A stretch of DNA of 34,097 bases, taken from contig JYFJ02004196.1 in NCBI GenBank assembly GCA_000934665.2, forward strand, positions 1-34,097, read 5' to 3'. This DNA is from Catajapyx aquilonaris. Lineage: Eukaryota. The position numbers and the translations under genes are program-made. Numbering within the stretch: position 1 is the first letter of the stretch; each line of letters opens with the position of its first letter. Below, in pieces: positions 1 to 14,463 of the stretch. The notes below the pieces were generated by a model. The model did no database searches and was not told the DNA's origin. It worked only from the letters and a program-made list of their open reading frames with translations.

Positions 1-3000
1 TAATTCCCGATCGCTTTCTCCTTTATCTCTTACTTAATTCAGTGGATGGTAACTTGGGTCAATACCCTCATTCACCAGAGTGGAAGTAAAGGAACACCTG
101 GATTCATCCGGATTATCCAGATTTTCATTAACTCCTCTGCAAGACTGCGGAAAATTCTAAGAGGAATTTTCAGCAAGTTATATCCAGCGACGTACTGGTA
201 TAGGTTTTCTCAGAAAGAGCACTCAGAGGTCGTTAGGGCAGTATTATTATAGGACCACTTGTAAAAATAGCAGTTTCTTCTGTGCAGCGGGACTATCCTT
301 CGTAAAGCAAAAAAAAATTGATATTGGCTTGGAGTCAGAGCAGCAACTCAACACAGGCTTATAAGAGTCACAACAACATAAGTTATGAAATATGAAAATG
401 ATGCTAAATGCATGATCCTAATAAGATTGCTCGCTCTAAAAATCTCATACTCAAATTTAATATATCTTTAAATAACTTGCCGTTTTCCCAACATTTTAAC
501 TGAAAGAGCTAAGTTATAGTCTGACACCGCAACAAACTACCTTCAAGCTCTTAACGACCAGCTGAATAATTGGAGACACGAGTGATTCTCCATCGGACCA
601 TTCGGGCCTGAACATGTGCTCATAAATCGCCATTGTACTCAACCTGCCGGGACATAAACTGCACTAGAACCGACATTCGTGGGAGGAAGAATCAGTCGCA
701 ATTAAAACGCCCCGCAACCAATGTTTTACACTCCAAACCCCCTGCTGGTGCAAACCCAATTATGTGTAGTACCACCATCCTAAAAAAAAGTGTGTGACCA
801 CCATCAAATAAGCGTGCTGGGAAACCGAATTTTGAGGGGGGCCCACAAAGTAACAGCAGCAAAGTAAAGCGTGGATGTTGAGTTGGCAAGAGTCACCGCG
901 CCGATCCTAACCCGCGAATAGATCAATATTGGTGCTGCTGCTACTCCCCCAACCACCCCCGCAATTCATGGGGGCTTTTGTGTGTCCTCCTCCGCCCTCC
1001 CCAAAAAATCCAGGCTTTTACGTCGTCCATAAATGTCACCTCGAAGATGGCAGTAAAAGGAGGAGGATGAGGACAAAGGGGGACGAAGGTGCAATTAAGT
1101 GTGTCCGGGTTACAACACTGCAGAATCCGGAACACGAAAATCCCATCGGTGTCCGGGAATCCTCTTCAACAAATAATACTCACACCGCCAATTTTTTTTT
1201 AGCTGGGGGCCAAACTTGTCAGGAAAGCCTGGAGCATTATTCTAGAATGACAGTCCGCAAGTGGAATTTGACGTAGTTTGTCCTCTTCCATTAAAGGAAG
1301 GAGGCCTTCTCAAAGATCGATTGATTCGATCCTGATACGCGTGCAAGGAACCAAACCAAGTTTGTTTGCCCGGGACTCAAATTTGATTTTCGGAAACTTT
1401 TTTTTCTTCTTATTTCTGCGACATTATAACTTGCGGGCAACACGTTACATGTTCTTGTTATGGGATAAGGTTCGTCAAGTGCATCGAAAGTTTGGGGTTG
1501 TTTTATTCACAGGAGTCGTTGCGATAATATCAGCTTGTTACTCTCATTTCAAAAGGAAAATAACAAGCAACAATCTTCTTGCCATTACTTATAATTTTTA
1601 TAGGAATCCCGTTGATCCCTTGCAAGTGAACAGTACACGTGATTTTTAGAGTGAGATTAATTCTTAAAGTTCATGTTCCTGACAGCAATATACCACATTA
1701 AAAATTACATCTTTGAGAATTTACCACGTAAGGTCATATACATGCCACAAGTAAAGATAACAAATGGTTTCATTATTAAAGACATAAAGCAACGAGAAGT
1801 ACAACATTCCCAAGGGATATCATGCCATTTACGAGATTTGTGTGGGCCTGTGTATTTCCTTGCACACTATAGAGAGCAGATACTGCCGGATTTCAGGAAT
1901 AATTTCCTCTCCCGGTGCAAAATGTTCTTACCAAAACATGTTTGCAATCTACAGAATGCATGTTGGTTAAAATGATTTTAGTGGTCAACAAGCACAACGT
2001 TTGTAACGATCTTAATGATCACACCATTTTCATCACGATTTCTGTGCCTATTTACACAGCATAAGTGTGTGAATGCGCTCCATTGGATGCAACAATAATT
2101 GCAAAGTTCGCGAATAGCACAGCTATTTAGGTTTCGCAGTCTGCATCGCCCCCAAATAATGAGAGGCGAAACAACCTCATCTGGTATTGAGAAAAAAAAA
2201 TTGCATTCCGAGGCAAATGCGGCCTGTTGGATTTTTACTGCCTTAATGGCTTCTGCGGTACAAGACTATAGCAATGAAAATCACGTTATTATGACGTTTT
2301 AGCATGCATATAAACCGATTTAGAGTTTGTGTCGGTGTAATTTGATTATCAAGTCCGGAAAACACAGCACCAACTCGAGAGAGAGAAAAAAACTGTGCTG
2401 AAATTCCATTCCATAACAAAAATTGGAAGAGGCGGAACAGCTCTTTAATAATTTGAGCCAGCCAGGCATTAAGACGGCGCAAAATTGGACAGATAAATCA
2501 TCAGCCAGTCTCCTGATGAGAAAATATGCGACGCAATAACCAACGTCGCAAACAGAAATGGCCGATGCTTTTCAGTCATGTCCGTCACACGTCCTCCCAC
2601 TCATTTGCATTTTTTAAAAAAAGTATCCCATCTCATCGTTCCGTATATATAATTCCTCCTGGACACGTATTTAGTCCTATTTAATTACTTGTCAGCTGAC
2701 TTTGCTCTAAATGCGCAGCCTAGAGTAATAAACACCGGGGGACGAGCTCCCTAATTCAGAACCGAGCCCTCTGGATTCGCCATATGTTTCCTCCTCGCAA
2801 ACTTTGAGGACTGGCTGGTGGTGGTGGGGGTAGAAAGAGAGATGTGGGGGGGCCAAACTCGGAGGCCCTCTCAACCTGCAATCATTTTCTGGTGGGGGGG
2901 CCTCCTCGCGAATTCTAGACAGGAAGCTGAATGGAGCTTCTGCGTCTCCTAATGAACAGTAGATTGGAATCTCGATGGTACAGACACCCGACCAGTGCAC

Positions 3001-3105
3001 TTTGCCGATAGAGTGGAGAAAAGGATAAACTCCACAGACAGAAAGGGAAATTGCAAACCATCATGGCACACACTGAAGGGTGAAAAAAGAAAAGAAAAAT
3101 GTTCC

Positions 3106-3288
3106 ACTGACGCTCTGGGATGTCGGATTGCGAGCTCAATTCTCGATCTGACGTCACGCAAAAATAGTGGAGGAAAAAAAATAGTGACGAATGTGGATGG
3201 TGAAGGTCAGTGTGGTCAGCAGTGTGCCACCTCAGTGGTGCACGAGGGGAAATTAATCTGAGCCGTAAATCCGAGTTTCCTGACGTCA
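3106..3288 (-). promoter_or_regulatory. Pair of full palindromic CRE sites with a possible downstream initiator
   Basis: TGACGTCA at 3149-3156 and 3281-3288; minus-strand TCAGT (arthropod Inr-like) at 3110-3106. Confidence 0.5.
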
Positions 3289-5813
3289 ATGCTCCATTAG
3301 CTTTAACCAGTGGAGACCTCATGGATATATTATGTTTCCCATTGCTAAAAGGCTTTCAGCAAATGTGTTATTACGCAGAGGCAAAGTTTATCAACAGTAA
3401 GAAGACAAATGTGGCTGGAACCATACTCACTTATCGCAATCAAATGCAGATAATTAATTTAATATAGAGCTATTTACAAAAATGTGCCCGAAGCCAGTAT
3501 TTCCGCACTTGCAAAGGTGAAAAAGTGAGAAATGCTTGCTGGTGTCAATAAATAATAACAAATATTTTACAATTGTTTTTATAAATATTGTTCACTCGAG
3601 GTCAATTTTAATCGCATATCATATTATTGCTCTATTTTTCATCTCAATATCGGAATAAGCCTTTTTTTCATTGGTGTAAGTGGACGGTCACCCAAACATT
3701 ACACAATTTATTCAATCTCCTCTTTGAAGCTACACTCGTCTAATTGCAGCTGTGCAGTACACACGTGATGGCACAGTAATTATTAATGCAAAAAGTGGGA
3801 GCCATGGTGTTTTAACTTTCCCAACTCTAATTCCCTTTTTGAAGTGCTCGTTGATATTTTGGCGCTTTGAACTCTCTTTTTTTGTTGCATGCCGTGCGCA
3901 TACTGCACATTCTTCCAATATACTGTTGATTTATGGTGTTTGTTAACCTTGAATATTAGTGCCATGCGCTTAATGAATTACCCACACGGATTTCAACACC
4001 TCTTTTGTGGAAGAAAATATTGCGTTTTATTACATCGCCTTCTTGCAATTATGCGGCCTTGGTTGAATCACACGTATAATTGCTTCATATTCCCTGTATT
4101 TATTCAGTACACAAATATTTATTCGAGTGTAAAATTATTGCAATATATTCCAGTGCGCTTTTCCTCGTAATGTAGCAGAGTATGAACGTGATCCCAACAG
4201 ACTATAGAAAAGTGGGTGGCACACAGCATTTCGCAATTTTTTAAAGTACGTTTTCTGTCTGAAACAGGCACGGCTACTCGAAAACTTTCGTGACAATTAA
4301 TGAACACAATGGCTACAATAGGCAATAATTCCTGGATCATAACGGCCAGCACGTGCCGGGTAAATTACGAGCTACGAAAGTGGTGGCACTTCCGCTTCCG
4401 ATCCCAACAAGCAGTGTTCTTTTTAACAAAATTTTTTGCCGACTTTACGAATAGGTTTTTGCTGCGTGTAACGGCAAGTTGAACATTACAGAGCAGTACG
4501 TTTATTACACAGACTGAGCGAGGCAAGGTCGAATTAAATTGTCCAAATTTTTTTTGCCGCGAGCATCCTGAGCGGTTTATTTTTTCCTCCTAACGAAAGA
4601 GGGGGACTATTTTTGCATCCTTGCGAAGGTCGTAATATCTACAAAAAGAAACCAGGCAGGCATTGACCCAATTAGAGTCGTCCAAAACCTCTCGCAATGT
4701 TTGTTTTTTTTTTGAGAAAAAGAGAAAGAGTCCAGCAGCTTCCTGGAAGTTCGCAAGTTCTCTAAGTCCTGCTCCAACTCTCCCATTTAAGGATTTTGAA
4801 AGCAATTCCGAGTCAACAAACGACCCATAAAGGAGCGTCGTTTTATGATGATCCGGGTTAGGCGTAATTTTTTTCCCCGAGAAAAAAGTTCAGGTCTTTA
4901 TAGCGAATTGTTACTACAATAAGGTCATTACTGTACAGTATACCTGAAAGTATAACCGTAAAAGTGAGTTACTGTCAAATTATTCAGTATCAATTACAGT
5001 CTCTAATAGCTATAGGCCTTTGACGCACGTACAGTATACGCCAATTTGCTGGTTAGTTCTGCAAAGTGCTTTCAATTTGGCAAATATTACGATTTTTTTG
5101 AGTAATACCGAGCGAGGTAATTACACCAAATATTTATGGCGTCAAGTCGCAGCAATGTCATCCGCCGATTTGCAACCTGCCAGACTCAAATTTGAAGGCC
5201 GTTGCGAATTCGTTTGACGCTTCTGAATCATCCTCACGCACAGAAGTTTCTGAAGTGCGTGGCATCTTAACGACCATGCCTCTCATACCCTGGCATATTC
5301 CAACTCCGCTAAAATTACCCTGCCCAAAATTGACGTCCCTTGCAGTTGTTGTTTTTTTTTATTTCGGACAAATTGCATCCCATTCAAACCGTAAAGACCA
5401 ACAAAAGCAAGAGTGACGAAAAAGGTCCGAGATGGTACCATACCCACGTGAGTCGAGTGGTCGAAATTCCCAGTTGGCATGGCGTCGAAACAAAAGTCTT
5501 CAGATCTAAATATACCGTAATTCTTCCGCAGGGGCCAAGTTTAAAATGGCAGAATACCAGTGGCAGTGGACCTTTTCATGTGGCTCTTTTTTTCTTCTTC
5601 TATACGAACTGTGGATTGGTCGAAGGCTGTGCTTTTGCTCCCCTCCAAAAAATTCTCAGTGTTTGGCCCGTCACTTGTGGGAAAGAATTGTGTCAGTCAC
5701 ATCCGCTCTCGGGAAAGAAAATCCGCTCCTCAGATTCAGATCTTTGGCTATATATGGGAACGATGTTGATGAATAATGGAACCTTTATCTCAGCCCATTG
5801 AATTGAATTTCCT

Positions 5814-5840
5814 CCCCCCCCCCCCCCNCCCCCCCCCCCC
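5814..5840. repeat. Poly-C homopolymer containing an ambiguous base
   Basis: 27-nt C run with N at 5828; true length uncertain. Confidence 0.9.
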
Positions 5841-8201
5841 TGAGTTCCAATACGGGTTGATATCACTCATTTTTTGCCACCCGAATCACTTTCTTATTAC
5901 TGAACGACAGTGGTCTACTATAATAAATCTTTTATGTGGTCCACGGGGAGAAGCTAACAGATAAACAGGGTATTGCACTACCCAAGTCCCAAGTGATCCT
6001 GGTCTCCTGATTGTTGACTTCTGCTCAGTTTGAGATGTTTTTCGCTCAAGCTTTAGCCCACGAATTGTCGCCAATTTTAGCTCTTGTGACTAGAAAATGG
6101 GCGGAGTTTTTGCATTCAACTAACTCATCAGCTAATGAAGTGTCAAAATGACTTATTCGAGAGTCCACACATAACAATATAACTGGGGCCGGGAGAAAGC
6201 CCCATATCTACCTACGCGTCCCAGTAAAATTCCGCCATAAAGGATGTGTGTAATAACACACGAAAGAGTCGTCCCAAAATACATTGTATTAAAACCACCA
6301 GCAGCGTAGTTAATAAAAGGGCGCCGCATCCCATTAACGCGCGTTGCATTACGCAAGCATCGCGTGTGATGAACGAAATGACACTTTCCTTATTGTCACA
6401 GACGACTGTCACATGCTGCACGACATTTAGGGAAAATTGACACGAGCAAATGATAACAGTACAACACTTGCACCCCCATATTCTCACTATAAGAGTTACG
6501 GATTTTTTTTTGACCACGCTGTTTGGATGACTAATGTATAGATTTTTCTTCTTGAGCATTTCCGTAGGGGTTTTTAATTTCGGGGGTCGGTGCATTCGGT
6601 GCCGTTTTGAGACGGAGAGAGTGCGACGTGCCCGGAATTGTCGATACGGAGAGGGCATGTTCCTCGACTCAGTAGGAAGGGAGTTTCCTAGTTCCCAATG
6701 GAAGCTTCCTGAGAGACCCGAGACAAAGGACAGCCCTATATTTCACAAGGGAGACGGAGGCTGGGGAGGAAGGTAAAGTAGATGGGAAGCAGGAGGGGAA
6801 AGGCTCTTCACAAATGGCGTCTTTGCATCGATTCTGCTTCTTCTTTACTTCTTCCGACAGTACCCTTAATGACCGGGTCGAAGGACCTGGGTTCAGCCAG
6901 CCGAGAAGGAGGACGTACAACTAAGGTTCTGTCGCCATAATCGTACATTCGTACAACTCCAACCGAGAAATCAGGGGGGAACGAGAATGGTCTGAGATAA
7001 CCAATTGCTGCTATTAGGAATCATTGAAGCATCACAGCGATACCATAGTATATAACATAAGGTGTGAAAATGTCAACCAATTCGAACTACTTGAAAGGGA
7101 AGTAAGAGGAAAATAGCGAATTGTTCACCCCCAGGAGTCGTTTAAAGTGAAGTAGCCCCATTAAAGGTCACATTCACTAATCGTGACTGTTAACTGGTAT
7201 CTTAATCAAGCATGGAAAGAACGCGATAAATAACGGCAATTTGGAACGTATCCATTTCGGGCCTCCCATTGACGCCTCCCATAGTGGGCTACCTCAAATG
7301 GAATCGCCATTATTTATTTATTGTCGTGTCCTTTAAACCAGAAGTACTGAACACTTTGATCTGACCCCAATTTTTACGACAAACTTTCAAATTTTTAGAA
7401 TGCTCCCTCTGCTGGTTGCATCAAAATATCCCAACACCCTGTAGATAGCATATAGCCTACTATATATAGTGTAATTTTCATCGTTATTGTGTTAGGGTGT
7501 TGGTTAACGGTCAATCAGTTCTCTGAGACTAATTGACTATTAATTTAGCCAGTTAATATCTGTTTGGGTCACGCTCATCGGCTGACTGTAATAATAATAA
7601 TAATTTGCCGATGTCAATAAGCAAAAATAGTACACAATGTGGCAACTTTGCCTAGCAGATTCGGAACATTGTACTATTACGTATCGTTTGAAGCACTCGA
7701 AGCGATTACAACCAACCCTCAGACATTCAGAGATAATCGGGGGGTTTTTTCTGATGCAATTTGTAGGCTATCTGTTAGGGGTGCTAAGGGCCAAGGAAAA
7801 AGCTGATTGCAATGGAGAAGCTAAGAGAGACCATCGAGAGCAAAACTGTGTCAACTGGAAAGCGTCATTGTGTCCAGTCATGTTGACTACCTGGTTTATT
7901 ATCATCCGGAGGGATGGGTGGCAGGAGGGGTTGGAGGGGAGTACAAGAGACGAGATAATGACGCTCTTGAAAGGGCAATCCAGTTTACATAAGGAAGGCA
8001 TGGATATACAAATGAAGCCAACAATGAGACGGGAGAGGACGTGGGTGGGCTATCTGTTGAAGACTGTCAATAGGCACGACCTTGGCCACATATTTCGCTA
8101 GATATAGCCGGGGCTCTTCTTGTGGACCTTTTTTTTGATACTGCATACAACTCAGTGCGTCCTGTGTGCGAACGAGGATCCCAGCTTTTCTGCATGCTTT
8201 T

Positions 8202-8221
8202 TCTCTCTCTCTCTCTCTCTC
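8202..8221. repeat. (TC)10 microsatellite / GAGA tract
   Basis: tctctctctctctctctctc read directly. Confidence 0.9.
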
Positions 8222-11200
8222 ATTTGTGTGTTTTATAGTGGCCACCGGATGACACTGGCCCCGCTAATTAGGAAAGAACATGATTTTAGACTAGAACCGG
8301 CATCATTATTACAGCGCGGGTTGTTGCCTAATGACATGGCAAATAGAATCACTTAAGCTCTGTTGATCTGCACTGTTACAATGATGCGAATATTTGTGCA
8401 GACAATTATGAGGGGAAAATGTTACATTTTATTAGTTGTACGTAGGTTATGTCCTTTAGAGTGTGTGATTGGCAATGATTTGATTTTTCTATCAAATTAG
8501 CTCCCTATTTTTTCAGGACAGAATCAATATTAAGTTAACGGTTGTTGCAATTACTTTCTATTGTTGTACAAACATTCGGCAAGCTCGCTTCGCCAGCTCG
8601 CTCCTATCTTCTGCTAACAACAGATAAAATGATGGTAATATGTAGCTCAAATAAAACACATCGAATTTTTTTTGACCCAAATTTTTGCGATTCCACAATC
8701 GATATAGGAAAGACAGCGATTAGCTAATAATGTTATCAGCAACCTCCAATAAGTAAAAATGATATCGGTTCAAGGCTATATATACCCTTGGAGATGTCCT
8801 TCCGGTATAATTATACTGTGAACATGGGCAGTACAGGGTGGTGTATACAGTACAGTACTATACAGAGTGTTGTGTTACCGGCTCCCGATTGTTGTTGCTA
8901 GGAGAGATCGTCCTTTCTGGACTGGGCCTTGTGCACAGCACTTAAAGAAGGGTCACTGGCATGTGACCAATTTTTCAGAAAAACTCGAGAATACTGCAAT
9001 GTCCTGTAGTACCTATTTCCAGTTGTGTGGCTCTGGAATTCGGCTCGTTTTGTCCGAGGAATTGGGGTCCTTTTCCTCGCCTCCGTCACACACGCGTCAT
9101 TTATGTGCTAAGAAGGTTGCTCGTAGAGCAAAGGCTCGCAGGGTATAACATATAACGAATGCCTCCCATCCCGTGTAATCCCTTCACATTCTCTCTCGCA
9201 GAGGAACCTCATCCTATATACACGGGAGTTAAAGCCACTATTATACGCCACTGCCGTATCCAGAGAAGTGATTTTCTCGGAGTAGATTTTCTTTCATGGA
9301 CTTCCCGGAATGCACGGCGAGAAGCCTGCTTTCATCCAAATGTAATCAAGGGTTGCTGATTTAAATATGGCAGGGGTGAAGAAAGCTCGTTCATTTCATA
9401 GATATTTTTACACTATGGGGCTCATATTTTGTTGCAATGACAAGTCGTTTTGTCCCATGGTGAAATTTTTCATGAGGTCTGATAAGACTGCCATATGTTT
9501 GTGCGATTAGGTGAATTATTTTATCAGTTCAGTATTAATACCGTATTATTATTAATTGCAGCTTAAATGGGCAATGAGTTACGAGCACCTAGTTTCAATA
9601 CCAGTGGCGTATGACCGCTGCATTGATGTAATTCCACTGAGAATCAACGTGATATATAACTCCTAACCGCTGCAGCATGAACCAATTTGTTATGCAGCCG
9701 CAAACCATTTATTTTCACCTACGTTACATTCTATCCTCTGAAATCGGTGCTGACAATTCAGAGTCAGATAGTCCCGTTTAACCATTCAGTTTGAGCCCTC
9801 TTATACGATTCAGAGACCCCGACATTTCTTCTTCCCTTTTACTATAAAAAAGGGGGGGTCCTTGTTACAGCCATCGAAGGTAATGCATCCTGAAACCCCC
9901 TCGGGAGCACAACTCCAGCTATATACACACCAGACCCCGTACTTGTGGTGTTCCATCGGTCTCCCACAGCAACCCTCCCTCAATTCAATCGATACTTGGA
10001 AATAGTCCGGCTGAAAGCGGAAGAGAAACAAAAAAAAATTACCGATGGTCTCCGATCTTAACCTAGGGTAACGCAGATCGATCTATTCCAATCAAGCTTA
10101 CAAGTCACATCGTTCACCACACACACATTCATACGGATATAAAAAAGCGGAATCAAAATGCAGCAAAAAAAATTGGGCAGATTTCCTAGTGCTTGGGATG
10201 TGTCACGCGAACTAAGAGAGTCTACGTGATCTATGATCGCCATATTGGAAGAACTGACCTAGATCTTGGAAACTAGCTCTTCATGTTCGTGCACACACTC
10301 AAAGTGGCCTTTGCATGACCATTGCTTTGAGAGTGCATTAAATCCCACTGACCCCAACCCGTGTGTACAGGGTATGCTGTAACACCCTGTGATAAATGAG
10401 CAATGAACAAATTGCAGTCCCAATTATTATCGTGCGTGCATTTTGTTACCTGGTTCATGACGCAACCCCACGATATTGTCACGAAACTGCGTGCGTCTTT
10501 AATGAGAAACGATTTCCAAGAAGGGCAAGGTGACTCGACAGATCGAAGGTTTTGTGTACGAGTATACGTGCGGGTAATTAAATTTACACGACTGCACTTT
10601 TATGACTCTTTCAAATAATTATGAGCACTGGTCGCATATGCATATTGGAGCCACCGCAGCCTCGAATGACATTAACAACGCTTCGGCAGCACTATAAAAT
10701 TGGATTAGCCCCCGCAATTTTTTTTTAAATAAAACCGGGCAGCACCAACACGCAAAAAAGGTCAAAGTTCGTCGGATCACGCCCTCCCTCAGTAATTCGA
10801 TTGGTTAGTATAGGACACACTCAAAATGGAAAACTCCAACCGCAATCGACGGAACAAAAACAAGCCCAAGTCCACAGTTGAACAAGGGTGAAGCTAACGG
10901 ATTGTTTACCCCAGTAAAACCAGCTTCAACCGAGAAGTGATTGTTGCCTCCAGCTATATGCTGGTTGATGTGTCTGGTTCGCAGAAGCCATCGTCTCGAT
11001 ATTCTCAAACGGCACAAGTGTTTGCGATTCCTTTGAGCGATAGGAAGGCGAGATTGTAATGTGTAACCCCCTCCTTCCCCCTCAGGACTATGTACTCAAA
11101 AGGTTATTTTGGCCCAGCTCCTTCTTGGCTCTGAGTATTCTTGGCAAGTGTCGTCTCTCTTCAACGTCTGTCTCCACCTGTACAATTCACAAAAGGGCCA

Positions 11201-14171
11201 AGGGGAGCTGATGCTACCTGATCGCTCAGAAGAAGAGAACTAACTAGGAAATTCAGATCTGACGGAAGATTGGGGCTTTTTCCATTGTGTTCAGAACCAT
11301 CTGGGCTTGTAAAAGGAAACATCAACTCTCACGCCATGTGGTTGACAACTCGTTTGTCATTCTGTAGAGCGTCAAACTACAGACAGACATTAGGATGAAA
11401 ACCAGCATGTGTATGCTCTCTCAAGTATAGTGTCTTTGTTTCTGTACAACTGAAGGAGACTCCATGTAACAGTGTTCAGAATACTGAAATATTCAAACCT
11501 CCCTAGCAAATTGGCCTTCCAAATATAATCGCCATAAATATCTCATGGTTTTCAGGAGACAAATTGGCTTAGCCCTTTGCCCTGCAGAATATTTTACGTG
11601 CAATGCACGCACATCTTGAGGCTTCCATCACGTAATATGAGAAGGTCCACAGTTACATGAGTGTACTTCCATCAAAAAGCAAATAACAGTGTGAGTCATG
11701 AAATCTGCTGTTGTCTTCGAACACATTCGATTTGGCCGTGAATTGGGTTCCACGCTTGTCATTTCCTGTTGCAAAAAAACAAGGCAACAGTCGAAGAGGC
11801 GCGTAATAGTTTGTGACAGGAAAATAGAAGAGTCGCCTATTTTTTTGCACTAGGAAATGGGAGCATTGATTACGCAACAGAGTGCATATGTCTCGCATAA
11901 TGTTTGCATCGCACGTGCCCAAGCCAAATATGACGAAACGAGTTGCGATGCACCATCATTCCCGCGTGGTGTAAATTAAAAATAGCCAGAATTATAGACC
12001 TCAAGGTAAAGGAAACCCAACTGTACAATGAGCAGCTAGCGGTGTGCAATTCTTCACATGGCATGGGCACTTCAACATGCTTTTGTGTGTAGCAAAAAAA
12101 TAATTCGACAAAAAAATCCGTGAGAAGCGGAATGACTCGGATTTATCCGCTCCGACGTGACTCCAATGCCTAAAACACGCAGAAGGTCACCATCTCCTCT
12201 GAAAGCTAGCTACTAGTTATTGCAATTTCATAGCTAACGAACAGATAAGAAGACACGTAAATAAACGAGCCAAAGTAGGTCACGATAGAATTTTTTTGAC
12301 TGTAGCGCTCAAGTTTTTTTACAGCAAACTTGTAGCAGCATTTTTTTTTTGCTCATCCGGCAAATCAAATTTACGCCAAAGAAAGTATTCGAAACTTCCG
12401 AGCCTTGACTGCTAAAAAATTCATAAGACTTTTTAATCTTTTATCTCTACATGAAAAAATTTCCTGCACCGTTTCCTCTTCCGCTTCGTTCATTTTTTTA
12501 TATAAAAAAAATCTTGGGAATAAAAAAAGTACGTCTTATTACATAAGCCTGGTCACGAGATCACAAAAAACAACATGACAAGGCCGACCCAATATACTAC
12601 GTTTTTTTCTATGTTAACGCCACCTCATTATTGCTATTGTTATTATGCAAGGCACTTCTCGCAGGGGAAAAAAAATCAGGAATTAATCAGAGCTGTATGA
12701 CTGATGAGAAAGTAGCCCTCTCTCGACATATTAATCAAGTGTAACTCCGCTTTGCCAGCTGCTACTTGAATATTCCTGTCCTCTTTTTTTCTTTAGGTGA
12801 TGTCTTTACATCGGTTGTTGCCACTAGGACAACATACTTTCACGGATTAGAACCATTTCGGATTCCCGGGAATCTAATTCGCCTTGCCTGCTTTGCTTTC
12901 TCCATCATTCAAGGCAGAGAGGCCCTTATTCCCTTTGCATTTATGAGATCAGCGGCTGTAGGTGGCAAGCAATTGCCAAGACCGTTTTATAGGCCCGGAA
13001 GGTGTGCACAAGTTTGCACACTTTGCCACATTTATCAGAATCGCCAACAGCCCCCCCACCTCCCTCTCACACAAAGGTTCGTTACCAGGAATCTGGTCGA
13101 TTCGCTTGCGGGGGCTCTTGCTTTTCAAGAGAAGAAAAGGACCTTGTTACCAGATGAGGCATCCAGGGGGGCTCAAAGGGTTGTCTGGATGTAATTTCCT
13201 GAGTTGGGAGCAATATTCTTGAATTTTAAAATAATCATTAAGGACCATAGACTGTAACATGAGGAGAAAGATATTGCAAAATATAAGACGCAAACCGGCT
13301 TATTTGGTGCTTCTTGGACAAGAAGGTCAAATTATGTGTCTTTCAGTTGTAAATGTTGATTTCGCAATAACAGCCAACACTTATACTAACAAACACTCAT
13401 TTTGATTCTTCCTATCAGCAAACTATGGCGAGTCAGCGAACTATATTATCACACATATTAGGTGTTACGCCACTTATGTAAGTTATCAGCATGTCTATGG
13501 CTGTTACAGTTCTCACAAACTTATGTAACAGGAGAGCTGACCCCATCACCTACAGGAAATGCTGATATATAATCATCACATCGCTAGTTTATCTCCCGAT
13601 CATTTTCACAATTTGTACTTGTAATTTGCAGATTGTGCGATATGAATTCTTCATTTTTTGCGGCTAATTTTTCTGCATTATATTGTTTTTGTCGGTATAT
13701 ACAGTATTTCATTGTGTATTATTGTTATTATTATTAAGAGAAACGCCGAATAATTTTTTAACACAATAAGACCAACCACTTGGATCTCTCAAAAGCGATA
13801 ACTCACAACGCGCCAGGAGTTATTGTGTCCCATAATCCTCACAAAAAGGAGGACAATGCCAGTAATTAAACCGGCATTAACGCGTCACAAAAACTAATCC
13901 AGCTCAATTAATCCGCCCTAATTGGGCACCCTCCCATGCTCTTCCCGATGCGATTACAACCCCGGAAAAAATTTCACCACCACTTTTTTTTGACACGATA
14001 TCGACTTCTCTCTCCACATTTTATATGAAATCCGTTTTCTGATGCGCAGAGTGAGAAAAGGTCCTCCGGCGTGTTATTAATCTCGGGCACATCTGTGAAA
14101 AAGCTGAGCAAGTTTCTCTCTCGCTTCGAGAGAGTGAACAGTAGGTAGAAAACTCGCAGAGAGGCCTGGTT

Positions 14172-14463
14172 TGACCTCTGACCTTTTTCAGGGGAAGGGG
14201 GGGGGGGGCGAAATTTGCCAGCTAGGGAGGGGCAATGGCCCAGGATCGATCCCAGCGAGCCAGCCAACCCCTCTCTTTTCAACGCCCAAGCTCCGATAGT
14301 CTTTTCCAACAGTGCTTTGTTGCGTTTCAACATGGTCACCTGACCTACTAATCGACCAGGGCATGTAGCTTACTACCACAATTTTTTTTGTGCTCTACTG
14401 TACTTTAATTGCTAACTGCGTCTTGATTAGAGGACAGCCAATGTTGTAACTGGTCAAAGGTCG
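14172..14463. promoter_or_regulatory. Nuclear-receptor element cluster: perfect DR1, IR2 overlapping a RORE, and an imperfect DR1
   Basis: tgacctctgacctttt 14172-14187; tggtca-cc-tgacctactaat 14333-14352 (ATTAGTAGGTCA on minus); tggtca-a-aggtcg 14451-14463. Confidence 0.6.

Noticed and set aside
5814..5840. Poly-Pro ORF 5776-5964 built on the poly-C run
   Set aside because: Homopolymer with an N; length and frame are unreliable.
9244..9612. 11-bp inverted pair atacgccactg / cagtggcgtat resembling MITE termini
   Set aside because: Orientation is outward relative to the usual CAGTGGCGTA terminus, with no further arm similarity or target-site duplication.
11088..11177. Coding-looking minus-strand segment after an acceptor-like tgtacag
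   Set aside because: All three frames stop within 30 codons and no homology is recognisable.
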